Positions 47,379-52,119 of a stretch of 52,119 nucleotides of DNA are shown here, in pieces; positions within the stretch are counted from its first letter, which is position 1, and each line of letters opens with the position of its first letter. Under the pieces are notes generated by a model. That model was not told the origin of the DNA. It made no database searches and worked only from the letters and a program-made list of their open reading frames with translations. The translations under genes were made by a program, and so were the position numbers. The stretch spans positions 1 through 52,119 of the forward strand of contig CAZJVP010000094.1 of the NCBI GenBank assembly GCA_964549615.1. Reading direction: 5' to 3'. The stretch is from an uncultured Thermococci archaeon (lineage in GTDB: Archaea; CAYQAE01; CAYVLA01).

Positions 47379-48581
47379 CTACACGAATCTGGTCGTCCTG
47401 ACCTGCCGGTAGAGCCTCCTCCTTACCAGCAAGCTCCACAGCACAAAGCTCGATACCAGGAAGGTTGCGCTGGTAACCAACCATTCGATCGCATATACCC
47501 AGAACAGCGCGGTTCTTCTTGCGTCCTTCGCTATCTCCTCTGCCTCGTCGAACTTTCGAAACGCAAAGGCCATCGTGTTCTGGACCTCCGAGAACTCCTG
47601 CCCTAGATATTCCTCGTTGGCCTTCAGGCGTATCTCCTGCAGCCCCATGATCGCTGCCTGGAGTTTCTGGGTGTTGGCCGAAAACCTGTCGATGAAGTCC
47701 TTCAACGCGATCAGCATGTCCATCCTGGTGGTGAACTCCCGGAACATCGACTTCAACTGGTGGAAAACCTCCACGTCCTGAATGAGCTTCCTCCGCGTCG
47801 AGTAGAAGACCATGTTCATCACTATGTCCGCAGCGTACGGGTTCTCAGGGCCAAGCCACGTCTCCCCGTATTTTATGAAGCCCCCGCAAGTGATCGTCCT
47901 TCCCTTGCCGTAGTCCCACACAACCAGGAAAGGAACCTTCCCGTAGGCCGGGAAGTTGCCCACCTGCCATGCCAACACACCCGCCCGCTCCCTCGCGATG
48001 ACGAACCTGGAGGTGAGACCGGGAACGTCCTCCACACCGTATTTCACGAAGGGGGTCAGGACGGGATCGGGGAAATCGCGGTTTATCGAGACCTTGTAGG
48101 GGCCGAGCATGCTTTCGCCACCGCCTCCCCTCGCCACCACCGCCGGTGCGTCGTTGGGGAAGGCCTGCTGGGTGAGGGATATCGCCCAGGCAGAATGGAT
48201 CTGGGAGACGATGCTGAAGACGCTCCCGTCATTATACCCGCCCGCACCCTCCTCGATCAGGTCGTGCATCCACTCGTCCTGCTTTGGACTGAATATGTAG
48301 TACTCGGGCTGGCAAAGCATCAAGTAGTCGTACTGCTTCATCTCCTCGTATGTCCGCGGGAAGTAGAGCCTCAAGGCTTTCACCATCATCTTGATGTCCC
48401 AGCCCACAAAGCACGGCACCCCCACGTATCGGACGGATGGGTCCTCTTGGAAGTACTTCTCAAGCAGCATGTTGCCCGTGACCAGGCCCACAAGGAGGAC
48501 GTTAATCCGATGCCCCTTGCAGTTCTGCACGTTGACCGAGAGCAGAAGCGTGATGACAAAAAAGAGCCCCGGCTTAGCCAA
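47379..48581 (-). CDS. Exported GATase1-like protein with C-terminal TM anchor, paralog of 28048-29298
   Basis: Signal peptide, LRLYFPRTYEEMKQYD, VWDYGKGRT and tail ALFWVYAIEW...RRRLYRQVRTT. Start uncertain (TTG 48581 chosen). Confidence 0.78.
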   Translation of the reverse strand: MAKPGLFFVITLLLSVNVQNCKGHRINVLLVGLVTGNMLLEKYFQEDPSVRYVGVPCFVGWDIKMMVKALRLYFPRTYEEMKQYDYLMLCQPEYYIFSPKQDEWMHDLIEEGAGGYNDGSVFSIVSQIHSAWAISLTQQAFPNDAPAVVARGGGGESMLGPYKVSINRDFPDPVLTPFVKYGVEDVPGLTSRFVIARERAGVLAWQVGNFPAYGKVPFLVVWDYGKGRTITCGGFIKYGETWLGPENPYAADIVMNMVFYSTRRKLIQDVEVFHQLKSMFREFTTRMDMLIALKDFIDRFSANTQKLQAAIMGLQEIRLKANEEYLGQEFSEVQNTMAFAFRKFDEAEEIAKDARRTALFWVYAIEWLVTSATFLVSSFVLWSLLVRRRLYRQVRTTRFV

Positions 48582-48840
48582 CCATCCCCGCCGCCGGACA
48601 AACGCCACACGGCTTCTTCCTTCCGCCCCGCTTCCGTTAGGCCCATTCGCGTTTCCTACTCTGCACGAAGACATGCGCGCTGCGTCCTCCTTGCTGTGAG
48701 TCCAGCAGGGCCGCAAGAGCTATGCTGCGGGCCTTGGCGACGAACGCCGCCGATGTGGGGCTTATAAAGATTGCCATTGGCCATCGAGCATTGAACATTG
48801 AACCAAGATTGAATATCGATACACTCAAGCACCTCCCAAG

Positions 48841-48850
48841 TTATTTAATA
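48841..48850 (+). promoter_or_regulatory. TATA box (TTATTTAATA) for the surface protein gene
   Basis: Strong AT box about 32 nt before the TTG at 48883. Confidence 0.55.
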
Positions 48851-48882
48851 GGCGAGAAGCAGCCAGCAGTAGCAATCCGTGA

Positions 48883-50223
48883 TTGGCCGTGGACAGATCC
48901 AAGTCGGTGCTTCTCGTTTCACTCCTGCTGGCAGCTCTCCTGTTGAAGTGCGGAGGCAACGTTACAGAAGTTGAGGCCTCTTCCTCGACGTTTCAGGGGG
49001 ACCTGATTCTAACCGGAAATAATGTGACGGTTATCGAGAACAAAGAGTTTGAGATCAACGGAAGCATAATCGTCCAGGGGAATGCGACTTTGGTTCTGAG
49101 GAATGCTCTGCTGAATTTCATGCAAAGCGCGGGATCCCGGTTCGGCTTGATCCTCCGAAACCCCTCCGGCGGCAATCCACGTCTTTTGATAGAGAACGCC
49201 ACGATGCTCGGAAACGACTACTATCTCACGTGCGACTTGATGAAAAACTCCTCAGCATCGGTGTACAGACTCGTAGCTCCAAAGCTGTATCTCTACGCGC
49301 ATGAATCGTCCACAATGATGATCTCGGATTCTACGATACTTGACGTAGGCGGCATGGGGCGTTCCGTCGTGAGCCTGTCGAATTGTTCGTTGTGGGCCGC
49401 GGAGGTTCGAGATGATTCGACCTACAAGCTGGTCGGTTGCACGATCGACATACTGCAAGCATACAGCACCCAAAGCATAGACGTGGTTGGCTCCTCGGTC
49501 AAGGACTACGTCGCACTATCCACTCGGGCGGCAAACTGCTCAGCAGATCGACTTGTCCCGGGCCTCGTCACGAAGTGGAGCTTTCCGCGCAACTGCTCAG
49601 TTCTGGTAGCTCCGGGTGGTAAGGCTTCAAACCTCACGTTGATGGATACTCAAGTGAATGGCTGGGTCTTCACAGCCTCTGATTCAAATGTCAGAATATC
49701 AAACTCGAATCTGCGGGGAGTCTACTGTAGCGGCACCACCAATCTGATGCTGACGAATTCAACAGCTCCCCAGATGCAGGAGAACATCAGGGATCTGTCT
49801 CAGGTTGTTGTCCGCTGGTACCTCGAGGTTCATGTGGTCGACTCAATCGGGCAGGACGTTCCGTCCGCGGACGTGGAAGCCCGGTTCTCAAACGGAACGG
49901 CAGCGGAATGGAAGTTGACCGATTCAGACGGTTGGGCAAGGTTGACGTTGATGGAGAAGCTGCTGAATGCTACTATGGTGCATCGAGCTGGCAGCTACTC
50001 AGTTAGAGCAACATATGGACCGCATTCAGCCGCCACGACGGTAGACATGACCGAGAGCAAGAGGATCACGCTCAGACTCCCAGACGTTGTGGTTGCGGAG
50101 TCTCATCTGTTCCTCACTCTGCTTTTGTTCCCGGCCTTGGCGCTTTTCACCGCACGGAAGCTGGATACGTTATCGGTACAGTCCCTTCCAGAAGCGGAGG
50201 GTTCTAGGCCACCAAGCGAATAA
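48883..50223 (+). CDS. Cell-surface protein: signal peptide, parallel beta-helix, CarboxypepD_reg-like domain and C-terminal TM
   Basis: GDLILTGNN..VIEN and INGSIIVQGNATL repeats, VHVVDSIGQDVPSADV..TDSDG.A, and VVAESHLFLTLLLFPALALFTARK. Confidence 0.75.
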   Translation: MAVDRSKSVLLVSLLLAALLLKCGGNVTEVEASSSTFQGDLILTGNNVTVIENKEFEINGSIIVQGNATLVLRNALLNFMQSAGSRFGLILRNPSGGNPRLLIENATMLGNDYYLTCDLMKNSSASVYRLVAPKLYLYAHESSTMMISDSTILDVGGMGRSVVSLSNCSLWAAEVRDDSTYKLVGCTIDILQAYSTQSIDVVGSSVKDYVALSTRAANCSADRLVPGLVTKWSFPRNCSVLVAPGGKASNLTLMDTQVNGWVFTASDSNVRISNSNLRGVYCSGTTNLMLTNSTAPQMQENIRDLSQVVVRWYLEVHVVDSIGQDVPSADVEARFSNGTAAEWKLTDSDGWARLTLMEKLLNATMVHRAGSYSVRATYGPHSAATTVDMTESKRITLRLPDVVVAESHLFLTLLLFPALALFTARKLDTLSVQSLPEAEGSRPPSE

Positions 50224-50545
50224 CATGATTCTACGCACAAGAGAGAACCATCGAAGCGGGGACCGAACTCGGGGTTGTCGATGAATGCTGGGTCACCAGG
50301 AGGTCTGACTGCTGCGAGAAAGCCACCCACACTAGATACCGGCGGGTTACTGCTGGAGAAATGCACCTTATCAGGGTCGATTGCGTTAGCAGCAGTATCT
50401 AGGACTTGAGGTGTGACTCTGGCCCCAGCGTCGTCCTGAACGGAGAACGAGACCATTGAGGCATTGAAACATCGCGCTCTCATTTCCGATCTCACCACCC
50501 CCGACAGACATATTAGTCGAAAGCCCAGTCCGCCCAGAGGTAGTT

Positions 50546-52119
50546 ATGGTCAGGGTCTACTGCATATGTCTTGACGGCGCCCCGCCCAACCTCTTGGTGC
50601 GGTTCGCCAGGGACGGGACCATGCCCAACCTCGGGAAGATCCTATCGGAGGCCTCTTGGTCCCGGGCCCTACCGTCAATTCCCACCGTCACCTCGGTCAA
50701 CTGGACGACCATGGTCACTGGGCTGCACGGGGGAACTCACGGAAGACCTTACTCCAACCAACAGGTCAGGTACTTCTGGGAAGCCGCGGAGGAAAAAGGA
50801 ATCCGGGTCGGGCTTGCCAACATCGAACACAACGAGCTGCGTGGCTCGAGTTTCTACGTGGAGCACGCCAAGGTGATCGCAGATGCGGCCACGATGAAGG
50901 TGAACTCGGGGGACGCCGGAAGTTTCCCCATCAAGACGCAGGATGGCGCTGAGATAGCCGAAGCGCGCTTCGAGATCTCAGATCATCTGAGGCTGGAGAT
51001 CCAGGGCTTTACGACGGCCCGAATCCGAGCAAGAAGAGACGAGATGTCCGACTACGCGCTGTTCCGGGTCAATGACCACGAGAGGACCCCGGTCTGCACG
51101 AGGGCAAGATACGACAGCGGGGGCTCGACCCTTTACATCTCCCCTTTGCGAAGCACGCAAAGATTCGCCGACCCCCCAGGCATCGAGGGCCATCTCATAT
51201 CGATCGCGGGGCCACCTCCGGTCAGGGGATTTCCGCTATTCCACAGGGGCGTGGCCGATCTCAACGTGGCCATAGAGGAGGAGGCGTATCATGCACGTTG
51301 GTTTGGAAAGGTAGCGGCCCATGAGATGGGCGCGTCCGAGGACGGCCTCTGGTTCCACAGACACAACACCACCGACGGGGTGGGCCACTTCTACCTCGGC
51401 CTGGTAGACCCGGGCGCGCGGGCCTACGACCCGTCAAGCCTAGAAGCGAACTGGTCCGCGCTCAGACGCTGGTACTCGACGGTCGACTCGATCTTCGAGG
51501 AGATCCTCAAGGCTGACCCCGAGGCCCGATTCGCCATGTGCACGGACCACGGGAACATCGGCTTCTCGAGGATTGTTTCCGTGGGAAAGCTTCTCGTCGA
51601 CAGCGGCCTCGCCAAGCCGAACCCGGAATCCCCCCACATCCTCGACCAAAGAGCATCCGCAGCCTTCCTATCCTCAAACGAGATCTTCATCAACTCCAGC
51701 CATGCCCCAGGCGCGGATGCCAGCTATGAGGCAATAAGGTCCAGGATCATAGAGCTTCTGCGCAGCTTGGTCGACCCGAGCACCTCGCGGCACGTAGTCT
51801 CCCTAGCGGTCAGGAGGGAGGAGGCAAGCGCGCTGCTGTACTGGGGAAAGGCGAGGGGCGACATCCTCTACTTCCTTGAACCCGGGTATCTGTGTCCAGG
51901 ACCGTACGTGATGGAGGAGGTTTTCAGGGACGCTCCCGTCCCCAAGCACGGGGCTGAACACTTCGGATGTCTTCCGGGATACGAAGACGACATCGGCTCA
52001 ACCTATTCGTTCATGGCTTTCTCCGGATACCCGGGAGGAGAGAGGGACGTCGGCGCACTCGGCCCCGTCCACCTCGTTGACTTCGCCCCAACCGTCCTTG
52101 CGATGATGGGCATGTGCGC
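50546..52119 (+). CDS. Alkaline-phosphatase superfamily nucleotide pyrophosphatase/phosphodiesterase (3'-truncated, absent from the ORF track)
   Basis: GAGGT SD then ATG 50546: MVRVYCICLDGAPP, PTVTSVNWTTMVTG..GTHG, DGVGH, TDHG and HLVDFAPTVL. Runs off the window end. Confidence 0.88.
   Translation, partial: MVRVYCICLDGAPPNLLVRFARDGTMPNLGKILSEASWSRALPSIPTVTSVNWTTMVTGLHGGTHGRPYSNQQVRYFWEAAEEKGIRVGLANIEHNELRGSSFYVEHAKVIADAATMKVNSGDAGSFPIKTQDGAEIAEARFEISDHLRLEIQGFTTARIRARRDEMSDYALFRVNDHERTPVCTRARYDSGGSTLYISPLRSTQRFADPPGIEGHLISIAGPPPVRGFPLFHRGVADLNVAIEEEAYHARWFGKVAAHEMGASEDGLWFHRHNTTDGVGHFYLGLVDPGARAYDPSSLEANWSALRRWYSTVDSIFEEILKADPEARFAMCTDHGNIGFSRIVSVGKLLVDSGLAKPNPESPHILDQRASAAFLSSNEIFINSSHAPGADASYEAIRSRIIELLRSLVDPSTSRHVVSLAVRREEASALLYWGKARGDILYFLEPGYLCPGPYVMEEVFRDAPVPKHGAEHFGCLPGYEDDIGSTYSFMAFSGYPGGERDVGALGPVHLVDFAPTVLAMMGMC

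Noticed and set aside
47760-48767. 335-aa plus-strand ORF and other long antisense ORFs
   Set aside because: High-GC shadow frames opposite well-supported genes.
50103-50498. 131-aa minus-strand ORF
   Set aside because: It overlaps the surface gene 3' end and has no recognisable motif. Possibly a remnant, but unsupported.
50546-52119. Apparent gene desert or pseudogene at the window end
   Set aside because: It is a continuous alkaline-phosphatase-family ORF missed only because its stop lies outside the window.
1-52119. CRISPR arrays, IS elements, integrases, Sec/Pyl read-through
   Set aside because: No spaced repeats, transposase or recombinase motifs, or interrupted conserved domains were seen by eye.

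Overview
A GC-rich, densely coding window that is almost certainly archaeal. The evidence is TATA/BRE-like boxes about 25-30 nt upstream of many starts (leaderless genes), an AfpA/iron-sulfur flavoprotein pair and GvpD/KaiC-like ATPases. A Bathyarchaeia/Brockarchaeia-like lineage is an inference only. There are about 45 CDS. They include carbohydrate, ester, sulfate and phosphate scavenging enzymes (GH38, heparinase II/III-like, sulfatase, metallophosphoesterase, amidohydrolase, URO-D-like, two alpha/beta hydrolases), an AmmeMemoRadiSam module, a CBS + NhaD/ArsB-type transporter, an ABC-2 exporter, a polyprenyl synthase and MscS. I found no rRNA, tRNA, CRISPR array or transposase. The most unusual items are: (1) an AmmeMemoRadiSam system whose radical SAM enzyme has a twin-arginine signal and whose B-A fusion has a signal anchor; (2) two paralogous GvpD/KaiC-like ATPases flanked by small ORFs, two of which share a peptide motif; (3) a family of exported GATase1-like proteins with a conserved C-terminal membrane tail, one co-transcribed with an ABC exporter; (4) a nested, highly structured leader upstream of the CBS-transporter operon; (5) an AN1 zinc finger fused across a membrane helix to a beta-propeller enzyme. 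Many starts were moved by eye from the ORF track, and all functions come from motif recognition without database searches.
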